Source: a virus
Taxonomy: Duplodnaviria > Caudoviricetes
Virus record (IMG/VR): IMGVR_UViG_3300007735_000750
Location: 1-51,044 of that record
Reading direction: 5' to 3' (one strand)
Length of the DNA: 51,044 bases
The notes beneath the pieces are model-generated. The model was given only the letters and a program-made list of their open reading frames with translations, was not told the DNA's origin and searched no databases. Below, piece after piece: positions 42,448-51,044 of this stretch (its first letter is position 1; every line of letters begins with the position of its first letter). The translations under genes and the position numbers were made by a program.

Positions 42448-43974
42448 ATGGAATTCAAGTATAACACAACATTTGCAAATATTCATATTAAACCAGTAGT
42501 TAGTGAAGAAAAAGACAAATATCTATCTTTGGCTTCAATCGCAAATTTAAAAAAGTTTTTACCAGATATTGACACAGAAAAAAATATTGATTTATTGCCT
42601 ATAGCTTTTGATGCTTGTGTTGTTAATAGAGTAAATAAAAATGGTGATGTTATAAATTCAACCACAGCCGCTGAAATGATGAAAAATTTTATTAATAAAC
42701 CAATTAATATTGAACATGATCGTTCAAGAGTAGTTGGTTGTATTTTAACAGCTAGTTTTAGTAAATTTGGATCAAATGAATCTCTTGCTGAATTAGATGT
42801 TAAATCTATGAAAGAACCATTTTATATTACTCTTGGTGGAGTAATGTGGAAAATTATTAATCCTCAACTTGCTAATTTAATTGAAGAAAGTAATGATCCA
42901 TCTAGTGAAAATTACATGAAAGTAAGTGCTTCTTGGGAACTTGGATTTAGTGAATATGATTTAGTATTATTAGATAATAATAATAAAAACCTAGAAGATG
43001 CCAAATTTGTAACAGATGAAGAAGAAAAAGACAAATTAAGTAAAAATTTAAAAGCTTTTGGAGGAACAGGTAAAATCAATAATAATACCTATGTTTATCG
43101 TCAAGTAATAGGGGATGTTATTCCTTTAGGTATAGGATTAACATCAAATCCTGCCGCTGATGTACAAGGTGTAGCTGTAAAAGATGAGGAAAAAATAGCA
43201 GTTATTGAATTTAAACCTAAAGAAGAAGAATCTGAATCCTCTAATAATGGTGAAAATAACATTTCACAAAATACAGAAAATACTGTAAATCAAGAAGGAG
43301 TTATAAACAGAATAATTATGAAAATAGAAAATATCAATCAAATTACTGACGAGCTACTAAAGCAAGTCACAGCCTCTAGCGTAACCGATTTCATTCAAGA
43401 AGAGCTAAAGAAAGCTTCAGAAGCTTTCGTAGCTGAAAAGAGTGAAAAAGATGTTGCTATTAAAGCTGCTCAGGAAAAATACGAAGCACTTTCTACAGAG
43501 AGTGAAAAAGTAAAAGAAGAACTTGAAAAACTCAAGGCTGCTCTTGCTAAACTCGAAGAAGAAAAAGTAGCTAAAGCTAAAGAAGAAGCATTCAATCTAA
43601 GAATGGCTGCTCTTGATGAAGAATTCGATCTATCTGACGAAGATCGTCAAATTTTAGCTAGTGATATTAAAGATTTAGATGAAGAAGCATTTGCTGGATA
43701 TAAAAAGAAAATGGCAGTTCTTATGAAAGAAAAAAATAAAGCTGCTAAAAAAACTAAGATGGAAGAAGACATGAAAGCAAAAGCTTCTGAAGTTAAAGAG
43801 GAAGTAAAAGCCTCGACATCTTCTGAACAATCTGCAACCGAAGTTGTAGATGAAGTTCTCGACAACTCAAATGTTGAAAAGACTTCAATCCCAAATTCAA
43901 CAACAACCGCTGAAGTTTCGTTACGCGAAAAGTATAGCAAAGCTTTCGGTTTTGAAGGATTTGATATAAATTAA
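42448..43974 (+). CDS. prohead protease with C-terminal scaffold
   Basis: NKNGD, KPINIEHDR, SASWELGF, GIGLTSNPAA; long E/K/A coiled coil; upstream of capsid genes. Confidence 0.8.
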   Translation: MEFKYNTTFANIHIKPVVSEEKDKYLSLASIANLKKFLPDIDTEKNIDLLPIAFDACVVNRVNKNGDVINSTTAAEMMKNFINKPINIEHDRSRVVGCILTASFSKFGSNESLAELDVKSMKEPFYITLGGVMWKIINPQLANLIEESNDPSSENYMKVSASWELGFSEYDLVLLDNNNKNLEDAKFVTDEEEKDKLSKNLKAFGGTGKINNNTYVYRQVIGDVIPLGIGLTSNPAADVQGVAVKDEEKIAVIEFKPKEEESESSNNGENNISQNTENTVNQEGVINRIIMKIENINQITDELLKQVTASSVTDFIQEELKKASEAFVAEKSEKDVAIKAAQEKYEALSTESEKVKEELEKLKAALAKLEEEKVAKAKEEAFNLRMAALDEEFDLSDEDRQILASDIKDLDEEAFAGYKKKMAVLMKEKNKAAKKTKMEEDMKAKASEVKEEVKASTSSEQSATEVVDEVLDNSNVEKTSIPNSTTTAEVSLREKYSKAFGFEGFDIN

Positions 43975-43992
43975 TAAATAAGGAGAAATAAT

Positions 43993-44589
43993 ATGGCACA
44001 TACACTAAGACCATTCAGAGACTACAGCGAACATGATGTAGTCAACCTATTTGCCGTAGAAGCTCAGCAAGACGCCAATGGTGTTATTGCAACAGCTGGC
44101 ACAGTAGTAAAAGTAACAGGAAATGGTTTTCAACCAGTAGCTGATAATACAGCTCTTGGTGGAACAGGATTTCTTGGAGCAGTACCTGTTGAACTCGGAG
44201 CAACCCTCGGAATTCCAGGACTAAGCAACGTTGTTTCAAATCGTTATGTTGTAAATGCTAAAGTAGCACCAGCAACAAATACAGATTTGAATGCCCTTGG
44301 CATTACTCTTATGAGTACCCAAGAATTAGATGAAAATGGCGAGAAACTAGTTTTCAATCCACGTAAAGCCGCTGAAAAAGGCGTAGTTATTAGTGGACAA
44401 GCCGTTCCAGTTCTAACTAAAGGCGTAGTTGTCTATAGCGGAAGTGATATTTCTAATTCCGCAAACGTAGGCGCTCCAGTTTATGTTAGTGCTACCGCTG
44501 GTTTAACCACAACCGCTGGTAATGCTACAGTTGGTCGTCTTCTAAGCAAGCCAGTTAATGGCATAGCTTTAATCAAACTCAGCTTCTAA
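43993..44589 (+). CDS. capsid decoration/cement protein
   Basis: Between scaffold and MCP; AGGAG SD; V/A/G/T-rich. Confidence 0.65.
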   Translation: MAHTLRPFRDYSEHDVVNLFAVEAQQDANGVIATAGTVVKVTGNGFQPVADNTALGGTGFLGAVPVELGATLGIPGLSNVVSNRYVVNAKVAPATNTDLNALGITLMSTQELDENGEKLVFNPRKAAEKGVVISGQAVPVLTKGVVVYSGSDISNSANVGAPVYVSATAGLTTTAGNATVGRLLSKPVNGIALIKLSF

Positions 44590-44607
44590 GCAAGGAGATT
44601 ATAAAAA

Positions 44608-45696
44608 ATGAAAATCAAACTAAAAAATACCCCAGAACAAGTTGAGCTTGTAAAAGCTATGGGTAGCAGAGATGTTACTGTAGCTCGCGAAGCTTCTGAG
44701 GCTTTTGCCGCTTTCATTGGACCAGTAGTTAGTAAGGTTCTAATGCAAGCTGGTACAGCTAGTGCAATTTATGCTGATGCACCATATGATGAAGACGATA
44801 ATCCCAGTCTTCCTCTAGATCTATGGAATGATCAAAGTCAAGACTATGTTACAGTTTGGAGTCAAAGTGTAGCAGGTGGTCTTCCTTCTTCTTCCGTAGA
44901 AGGCTTTAGCGAATTAAAAGTTTCAACCTATCGTCTAGATAGCGCTGTAAGCTTTCTAAAACGCTATGCTCGTCGTGGCCGCCTAGACGTAATTAGTAAG
45001 GCTGTCGAAAGAATGAGCAATGAAGTTCTCGTAAAACAAGAACGTAATGCTTGGGCAGTAGTCCTAAAAGCTCTAGCTGAAGCTCGCACTCCAGCAGTTG
45101 GAACAAACACTGGTGTAACTGGTGGCCATATCGCCTCCGCAACAACAGCTGGCACATTCCAACTTTCTGATCTCAACAGTTTAATGACATTAGTAAAAAG
45201 AATTAATACTTCTTATGCTGGTGGTACTACAACTGATTCTTATGGACTAACAGATCTATTTGTTAGCCCCGAGATCAAAGCTGACATCCGTGCATTTGCT
45301 TACCAACCATTCACAGTTTCCTCTGGAACTGGAACAAATCTTCCAGATAATGTCCGTGAAGAAATTTATCGCGGAGCTGGCACAGAATCTCTATATGGAG
45401 TAACAATCCATGAGCTAGTCGAACTAGGCGTTGGTGCGAAATATAACGCTCTATTTGGCGCTCTAAGAGGATCTTATGCATTTGATGCTTCTAATCAAGA
45501 AATTGCTATCGGTCTCGACCTTAGCAAGGAAGCATTCATTCGTCCAGTTGCTCGTCAATCTGAAACTGGTGGAACATTCACTGTTCTTCCAGACGATCAA
45601 TTCGTTTCCCGTTCTGAGAAAACTGGTTTCTACGGTTCTCTCGAAGAGGGTCGCGTTTGCATCGATGGTCGCGCAATTGTCGGCATCAAAATCTAA
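44608..45696 (+). CDS. major capsid protein
   Basis: Position, size, strong SD, biased codons, C-terminal GFYGSLEEGRVCIDGRAI, downstream terminator. Confidence 0.8.
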   Translation: MKIKLKNTPEQVELVKAMGSRDVTVAREASEAFAAFIGPVVSKVLMQAGTASAIYADAPYDEDDNPSLPLDLWNDQSQDYVTVWSQSVAGGLPSSSVEGFSELKVSTYRLDSAVSFLKRYARRGRLDVISKAVERMSNEVLVKQERNAWAVVLKALAEARTPAVGTNTGVTGGHIASATTAGTFQLSDLNSLMTLVKRINTSYAGGTTTDSYGLTDLFVSPEIKADIRAFAYQPFTVSSGTGTNLPDNVREEIYRGAGTESLYGVTIHELVELGVGAKYNALFGALRGSYAFDASNQEIAIGLDLSKEAFIRPVARQSETGGTFTVLPDDQFVSRSEKTGFYGSLEEGRVCIDGRAIVGIKI

Positions 45697-45716
45697 ATTT
45701 AATTAGATTAAATCTA

Positions 45717-45756
45717 AAGGCCCAGCAGGTTAATCCCTGCTGGGTCTTTTCTTTTT
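45717..45756 (+). terminator. intrinsic terminator after MCP
   Basis: GGCCCAGCAGG-TTAATC-CCTGCTGGGTC followed by T-runs. Confidence 0.85.
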
Positions 45757-45811
45757 ATAAATACTTTAGATTTTTAGTTATCTAAATTTATAATATATTA
45801 AGGAGAATATT

Positions 45812-46159
45812 ATGCCAAAACAAAAGAAAAAATTAGAGAATCTTTCACAAACTCATGGAAAACTAGAGAATATAGAATATAAGACATTGGACCAAATTTG
45901 GGGAGATACTGGTTTGAGTAAATATAAAACTACAAATTTAAAAGAATATATCGACTATATAAGCGAAATGAATAAAAGTGATCTTCAAGCGCATGCTAAT
46001 AAAGTTGGCCTTGTGCCAATTGATAATAGAGATATGTTAACTAAAAGGCTTATTTCTGAATTTAAAAAATTTATTTCTACATTTAATGTTCCAAAGAATA
46101 CAGATAATTCTGTAGGATTAGATAAAAGATCAAAAGATGTTCTTGCTGAGGGTAAATGA
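45812..46159 (+). CDS. hypothetical protein (Rho-N-like helical motif)
   Basis: AAGGAG SD; EMNKSDLQAHA..VGL......DMLTKRL. Confidence 0.7.
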   Translation: MPKQKKKLENLSQTHGKLENIEYKTLDQIWGDTGLSKYKTTNLKEYIDYISEMNKSDLQAHANKVGLVPIDNRDMLTKRLISEFKKFISTFNVPKNTDNSVGLDKRSKDVLAEGK

Positions 46160-46209
46160 TATAAAATGTTTTTGACTTTTTTTATTTAAAAAAAGTGTAA
46201 TAATTTTAG

Positions 46210-48579
46210 ATGAGCGCTACAACTGGCCAAGTATATCTACAAATATACAATAACAATCTTAATAAATTTACAGAATTTCCGTCAGGATTGGCAAAACTAA
46301 ATTTAGTTATTAGGCCCACTGGAGTTGGAATCTTTCCATTCTCTGGGTTAAGTATTTCTAATATCAATATTGATAAAATTGATACTGATGCAGTAAATAT
46401 AGGTAAAACAAATATCATCTTTGATAAAGGGGTATCTATTGGAAGATTAAACTCGTCTTTTCCAAGAGCAAACATTTTAAACGCTGATAATATAAATATA
46501 GGTGCATCTAATTCTGCATCGGGATCTAATTTAATAAACATTGGAGCAGGAAATAGTTTAGATGATGTAAGTTCAAGTTTAAACATTGGAAGAACTTCAA
46601 AAGTATATAAAAGTTCATTAGTAAATAATATAGGATCTTTTAATAATGTTTCTGGAATAAATACTTTATTTAATCTAGGATCTTATAATATTTTCGTTCG
46701 GTCTAAATCTGCCGAACAAGCAAAAGCCTCAGATGTATGGGAAGTATATACTTTTGGCGATTACAATAGTTTTATATCAGGAGCAAGAAATATAATCAAT
46801 ATTGGAGACGGAAATTATTTTCAAGTAGCTAGAAATGCTACACTTTTGGGAAATAATAATTCTATTTATGATTCAAATATTACAGGATATTCAAGTATAA
46901 CCATTGGAGATGATAACAGCTCTTCGGAATCAACTCAGTATATTGTCTTTGGTATAGGAAATAATATTTATTCTTCACAACAACAAATTGTTATTGGAAT
47001 GAATAATTCTAATATAAATCAAAATCCTACTACAGGAAATTTAATTGTTGGTTTTGAAAATGCTACTAGCGGAAACAATAATTACATCCTTGGTGAAAAT
47101 AATTTTATTCTTGGAAATCAGGCTTTTATATTGGGCGATGGAAATACTACTTTACTAAATGGAAATTCTGATGTCATTATTGGAAGCACTAATCTCGTTA
47201 GTGGAACATATAATAACTACATATTCGGTGATAATAATAATATAGGTAGGTATAATACTGGCACACTGCATAATTTCTATATTGGTCAAAGTAATTTGAG
47301 TAATTCTGGAAGTAATAATTATGTTGTTGGTTATTCTAATGACAGCTCAATAATAAATGATTCATATATTATTGGAAAAGAAAATATTATAAAAAATACA
47401 AATGAAAATTATATTTTTGGTACAAATAATGAAATTTCTGGTCTTGGGACTTTTGTAATTGGTAGAGACAATACAATTAAAACAGGTGATTATAATTCTA
47501 TATTAATAGGTTATGATTATCAAGAAACAGGAAGAAATAAAAATAATACTATAATGCTATATTCCTCAAATGGATCTTTTGAAATTAGTCAAGATGGAAT
47601 AAATATGTATTCAGATATAAGGCCCAAATATAATAATTCAGAAATTATAATGGGAGAAGATTTACAAGGATATGCAAAAGAAGAATATGTTCTTGGTCAA
47701 AGTGGTTTTTACAATAATACTATATTTCAAGATCCAAGTTATAACTTTAACGCAGACGAAATACAATTACAAACATTTAATTATTCTGGTAGAGGTGAAA
47801 GGTATAAAACTTCTGGTATCTTATCTTTTACTGGATTAAATTATGATGGAAGTTTATATACATTTGGATATAATAATTATTTTAATAAAATCCCTTCCAT
47901 ATTATTCACTGGACAAAATAAAAATATTGTAGGACCATATTTTTACGAATCCAAAGATAAAGATTTATTTATATCATATACAAGTGATTTAATTCCTGAT
48001 CCACTTCCATTTAATTTTAGCGCACAAACATTATGGACAATAAGAAGATATCAAGGTAATGGAGCATTTTACATAAATAGAAATCAAGATTATAATACTC
48101 TCCCATTAACAGGATGGATTGCTACCGGTCTAAATGGTTTCAGTGGAGGAAATCCAGCTCCAGCTTTAGAATTAATTACAGAATTTACTGGTGTTTTTTA
48201 TCAACAAAAAATTAAACAAGGGTTTAATAAAGCTTATAATTTTAATTCAATCGTTAGTTATCCATCAGATGATATTTCTGTGATTTATGGAAATCATACA
48301 AATCCTCAATTTGAACCAACATGGTTGATCGTAGATAATCTTTCAAGTGGTGTTTATTATATTAATAATAATTATAGCGAAAATCAGACTCCACAAACTG
48401 GATGGTCTATTACTGGATTTAGAGGAGCCTCTGGATTTTATACAAATCCAGATTCTGCACCAATAGTTAAACTCCAAGGTAGAACTGGTATAAATTTAAG
48501 CATGGGAACAAGAGTTGGCGTTATTTCTACTAATGTAGAATCTGCGGGCGGTAGAATTTATATTCCTTATTTTTATTAA
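46210..48579 (+). CDS. tail fibre/spike with beta-helical (YadA-head-like) repeats
   Basis: Many N-x-x-[IF]G-x-x-N repeats; GTGTAA at 46195. Confidence 0.75.
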   Translation: MSATTGQVYLQIYNNNLNKFTEFPSGLAKLNLVIRPTGVGIFPFSGLSISNINIDKIDTDAVNIGKTNIIFDKGVSIGRLNSSFPRANILNADNINIGASNSASGSNLINIGAGNSLDDVSSSLNIGRTSKVYKSSLVNNIGSFNNVSGINTLFNLGSYNIFVRSKSAEQAKASDVWEVYTFGDYNSFISGARNIINIGDGNYFQVARNATLLGNNNSIYDSNITGYSSITIGDDNSSSESTQYIVFGIGNNIYSSQQQIVIGMNNSNINQNPTTGNLIVGFENATSGNNNYILGENNFILGNQAFILGDGNTTLLNGNSDVIIGSTNLVSGTYNNYIFGDNNNIGRYNTGTLHNFYIGQSNLSNSGSNNYVVGYSNDSSIINDSYIIGKENIIKNTNENYIFGTNNEISGLGTFVIGRDNTIKTGDYNSILIGYDYQETGRNKNNTIMLYSSNGSFEISQDGINMYSDIRPKYNNSEIIMGEDLQGYAKEEYVLGQSGFYNNTIFQDPSYNFNADEIQLQTFNYSGRGERYKTSGILSFTGLNYDGSLYTFGYNNYFNKIPSILFTGQNKNIVGPYFYESKDKDLFISYTSDLIPDPLPFNFSAQTLWTIRRYQGNGAFYINRNQDYNTLPLTGWIATGLNGFSGGNPAPALELITEFTGVFYQQKIKQGFNKAYNFNSIVSYPSDDISVIYGNHTNPQFEPTWLIVDNLSSGVYYINNNYSENQTPQTGWSITGFRGASGFYTNPDSAPIVKLQGRTGINLSMGTRVGVISTNVESAGGRIYIPYFY

Positions 48580-48616
48580 TTAAGAAATTAATTTATTTGT
48601 TTGTGTAATTTATTAT

Positions 48617-49018
48617 ATGGCAACCTCATATAATATAAATACTCTTCAAGGCGATAATCTTCAAATTACTCTTTCAGTAAAAGATCAATATAATGTTCCA
48701 GTTAATTTAAGTGGTTATGACGTTAGAGGTGCAGTTAAATATGCTTATTTTGGCTCCCCACCAGCTTTAGATTCTTCTGGAAATTATATTTCTGGAATAC
48801 TTCTAAATCTTAACCCAACGATTTATAGTGGTGAAAATGGTTCCTATTATGCTTCTGGATTAGTTAATATTAATGTATCTTCACATGCAATGGCTTATAT
48901 GCCAGTTGGTTCTTTTGTATATGATATAGAAAGATTTCCTTATAATGTTCCCACTGGAAATTCTATTAAATTACTCAGAGGTAAATTTATTGTTAGTCCA
49001 GAAGTTACAACATTCTAA
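48617..49018 (+). CDS. tail fibre adaptor / BppU-like protein
   Basis: QGD..QITL, PVNLSGY, VYDIE, LLRGKFIVSPEVT. Confidence 0.6.
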   Translation: MATSYNINTLQGDNLQITLSVKDQYNVPVNLSGYDVRGAVKYAYFGSPPALDSSGNYISGILLNLNPTIYSGENGSYYASGLVNINVSSHAMAYMPVGSFVYDIERFPYNVPTGNSIKLLRGKFIVSPEVTTF

Positions 49019-49021
49019 TTT

Positions 49022-51044
49022 ATGGATGAAATCAATGTTGATGTTATTGTTTCAAATGGGACAAATGTTGAGGTTAGTTCGCCATCAACATCTGTTGCAG
49101 CTCGTGTAAATTTACCATCTCCATTACAATCAACTACAGATTCTCCATCAATAGATTATAATACTCATATTATTCTGCCTGGTCCTCAAGGCCCAGCCGG
49201 CCCTATTGGGCCATCTGGTAATGTTGGTCCTAGCGGTGCCACAGGACCAAGTGGAGCGGTTGGTCCTATCGGTCCAACTGGCCCAACTGGTCCTAGTGGT
49301 GCAACAGGAATAATTAATACTGGAGAATTAGATAAAAGATATGTTTCTTTAACTGGATTTAATATATATACTGGAAATGTACAAAATCAAATAATCGCAT
49401 TTAGTGGTTATACAAATAATACTTTCGCAACAATATCTAATGTTTATCTTACCGGTAGTAATCTTGATAATAAAATTAATTTTTTAAGTGGATATTGTAA
49501 TAATACTTTTAGTACAATAAATAATTTATATTTAACTGGAAGCAATTTAAGTTCACAGATTAATACTTTAACGATAAATTTAAATTCTACTGGAAGTATT
49601 TTATCTAATAGCATAAATAATATTTCCTCAAATCTGATTATTACTGGAAATAATCTTCAATCTCAAATTAATATTTTAAATTTAAATTTATACAATACTG
49701 GATCATATTTAAATAACAGAATAACTTCATTAAGTGGGAATTCAGTTTTATTATTTGGTGATCAAGTAATTGATGGAATAAAAACTTTTTCTCAAAGACC
49801 AAACGTAAATGGAACTGGATTTTTACTTAGTGGCGAAGCTGCTTCATTACCAAATACAATTGTATATACAACAGGAAATCAAAGTATATCTGGTCAAAAA
49901 AACTTTTTTGAAATACCTACAGTAAGTGGAATTCCATTACTTTTAAGTGGACAGATTAGTGGATTAATTGGGCCAAGTGGAGCTCCTGGTTTATCTGGAG
50001 CAACTGGTCCAAGTGGTGCAGTTGGCCCAAGTGGTGCGGTCGGCCCTCAAGGACCAAAAGGTGATCCTGGTACAGCTTCAGATAGAATATATATTTATGA
50101 TAGTATTGGTAATACAAATTTCGGGTTCTCACCAGTAACAATTAATTTAAATTATATCGCAGTAAATTCTAATCCATCAGTCTTTGTATTATTACCAAAT
50201 AGTGAAATAGAAATTAATGCAAATGATCAGTATTTATTTACTTACGAAGCTTCTATTTCAGCTTATGGTGGTTATTATTCTACTTTTAGAACTTACTTAG
50301 AGAAAAGTATAGATCATGGAATTACATTTAGTGAAATATCTAATTCTCAAGCTTTTGATTCAATATTAGATTCTACAACAAAGTCAAGCGTTTCATCATC
50401 TATAGTTTTAAATGCAAATATTGGCGATATCTTTAGGTTGAGAGCGGAGAAAACTTATGGTCTAAATACTTTTTATACATTACCAAATGCCTCTAATTTA
50501 GTTATTTATACTTTAAGAGGAGGAGAAGTAGGTCCAACTGGTGCAACTGGACCAGCATTTTCATTAAATAATATTACTGGTAGCGGAATTCTTACTGGAC
50601 AAGATGGAATCACGGTTGTTCCAAATGTAGCTACAAATATTATAGTAATTTCTGGTTCAAATCAATACCTAATATCTCAAATTAATGGAGCTAGTGGAAT
50701 ATTAAGAAATGATCTTACTAATGTTCAAAATTCATTACAAAGTCAGGTAAATACATTAACATTAAACCTATTTGAAACAGGTAGTATTTTAAATACTAGA
50801 CAAGTAGACTATAGTGGTTGGGCAAATAACCAATTTGCTACAAATGCAAATCTATTAACTACTGGTAGTTTACTTCAAGGACAAATTAATACGTTAGGAT
50901 TGAATCTTGCTTCGACTGGCAATTCGTTGCAAACGCAAGTTAATACGCTTACTACGAATCTATTTACGACTGGTAGTAATTTAGCGTATAACCTTTACGT
51001 TACTGGTAGCGGTTTGCAAACGCAAGTTAATACGCTTACTACGA
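49022..51044 (+). CDS. collagen-like tail fibre protein (partial, runs off window; absent from ORF track)
   Basis: ATG 49022; [13 protein letters not shown]-type G-X-Y tracts near 49180, 49970 and 50520; repeated L..TGS.LQ.Q.NTL coiled-coil units. Confidence 0.85.
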   Translation, partial: MDEINVDVIVSNGTNVEVSSPSTSVAARVNLPSPLQSTTDSPSIDYNTHIILPGPQGPAGPIGPSGNVGPSGATGPSGAVGPIGPTGPTGPSGATGIINTGELDKRYVSLTGFNIYTGNVQNQIIAFSGYTNNTFATISNVYLTGSNLDNKINFLSGYCNNTFSTINNLYLTGSNLSSQINTLTINLNSTGSILSNSINNISSNLIITGNNLQSQINILNLNLYNTGSYLNNRITSLSGNSVLLFGDQVIDGIKTFSQRPNVNGTGFLLSGEAASLPNTIVYTTGNQSISGQKNFFEIPTVSGIPLLLSGQISGLIGPSGAPGLSGATGPSGAVGPSGAVGPQGPKGDPGTASDRIYIYDSIGNTNFGFSPVTINLNYIAVNSNPSVFVLLPNSEIEINANDQYLFTYEASISAYGGYYSTFRTYLEKSIDHGITFSEISNSQAFDSILDSTTKSSVSSSIVLNANIGDIFRLRAEKTYGLNTFYTLPNASNLVIYTLRGGEVGPTGATGPAFSLNNITGSGILTGQDGITVVPNVATNIIVISGSNQYLISQINGASGILRNDLTNVQNSLQSQVNTLTLNLFETGSILNTRQVDYSGWANNQFATNANLLTTGSLLQGQINTLGLNLASTGNSLQTQVNTLTTNLFTTGSNLAYNLYVTGSGLQTQVNTLTT

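Noticed and set aside
27555-46586. Short reverse-strand and alternate-frame ORFs overlapping late genes (e.g. 27555..27806, 29268..29567, 43647..43940, 46206..46586)
   Set aside because: Fully overlap well-supported + strand genes and lack start signals.
34250-51044. Diversity-generating retroelement or invertible tail-fibre switch
   Set aside because: No reverse transcriptase, invertase, adenine-specific TR/VR pair or flanking inverted sites seen in this window.

Overview
Segment of a large, AT-rich tailed dsDNA phage genome. The host is probably Verrucomicrobiota/PVC, inferred from a PEP-CTERM/passenger-repeat gene and a DUF4032-like gene. Bases 1-15.8 kb are an early/host-takeover region. 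It holds two converging blocks of small genes (+ strand to ~10.58 kb, - strand from ~15.75 kb), six tRNAs, an HNH gene, DUF932, ArdC-like, GP88-like, DUF3846 and SleB-like genes, and at least one long structured ncRNA (8080-8293). Most of these genes follow a sigma70-type promoter TTGACA-N16-TANNNT placed 6-7 nt before the start codon, implying leaderless mRNAs. The modules are punctuated by a 76-bp element present in 10 copies plus 3 half copies: two 25-bp palindromes (TAA-N4-TTG-ATWAT-CAA-N4-TTA, i.e. two overlapping inverted IHF consensus sites) 51 bp apart around a unique GC-rich core. The elements are helically phased to the promoters and often supply the upstream gene's stop codon. This is the most novel-looking system in the window. 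After a low-complexity boundary (15.8-16.15 kb), the late region encodes PhoH, virion proteins, a sigma-like factor, an ERCC4-like nuclease, terminase, portal, tail fibres, lysis genes, protease/scaffold, major capsid and a collagen-like fibre running off the window end. Late genes share an upstream GTGTAA motif. All family calls come from motif recognition by eye; no searches were run.
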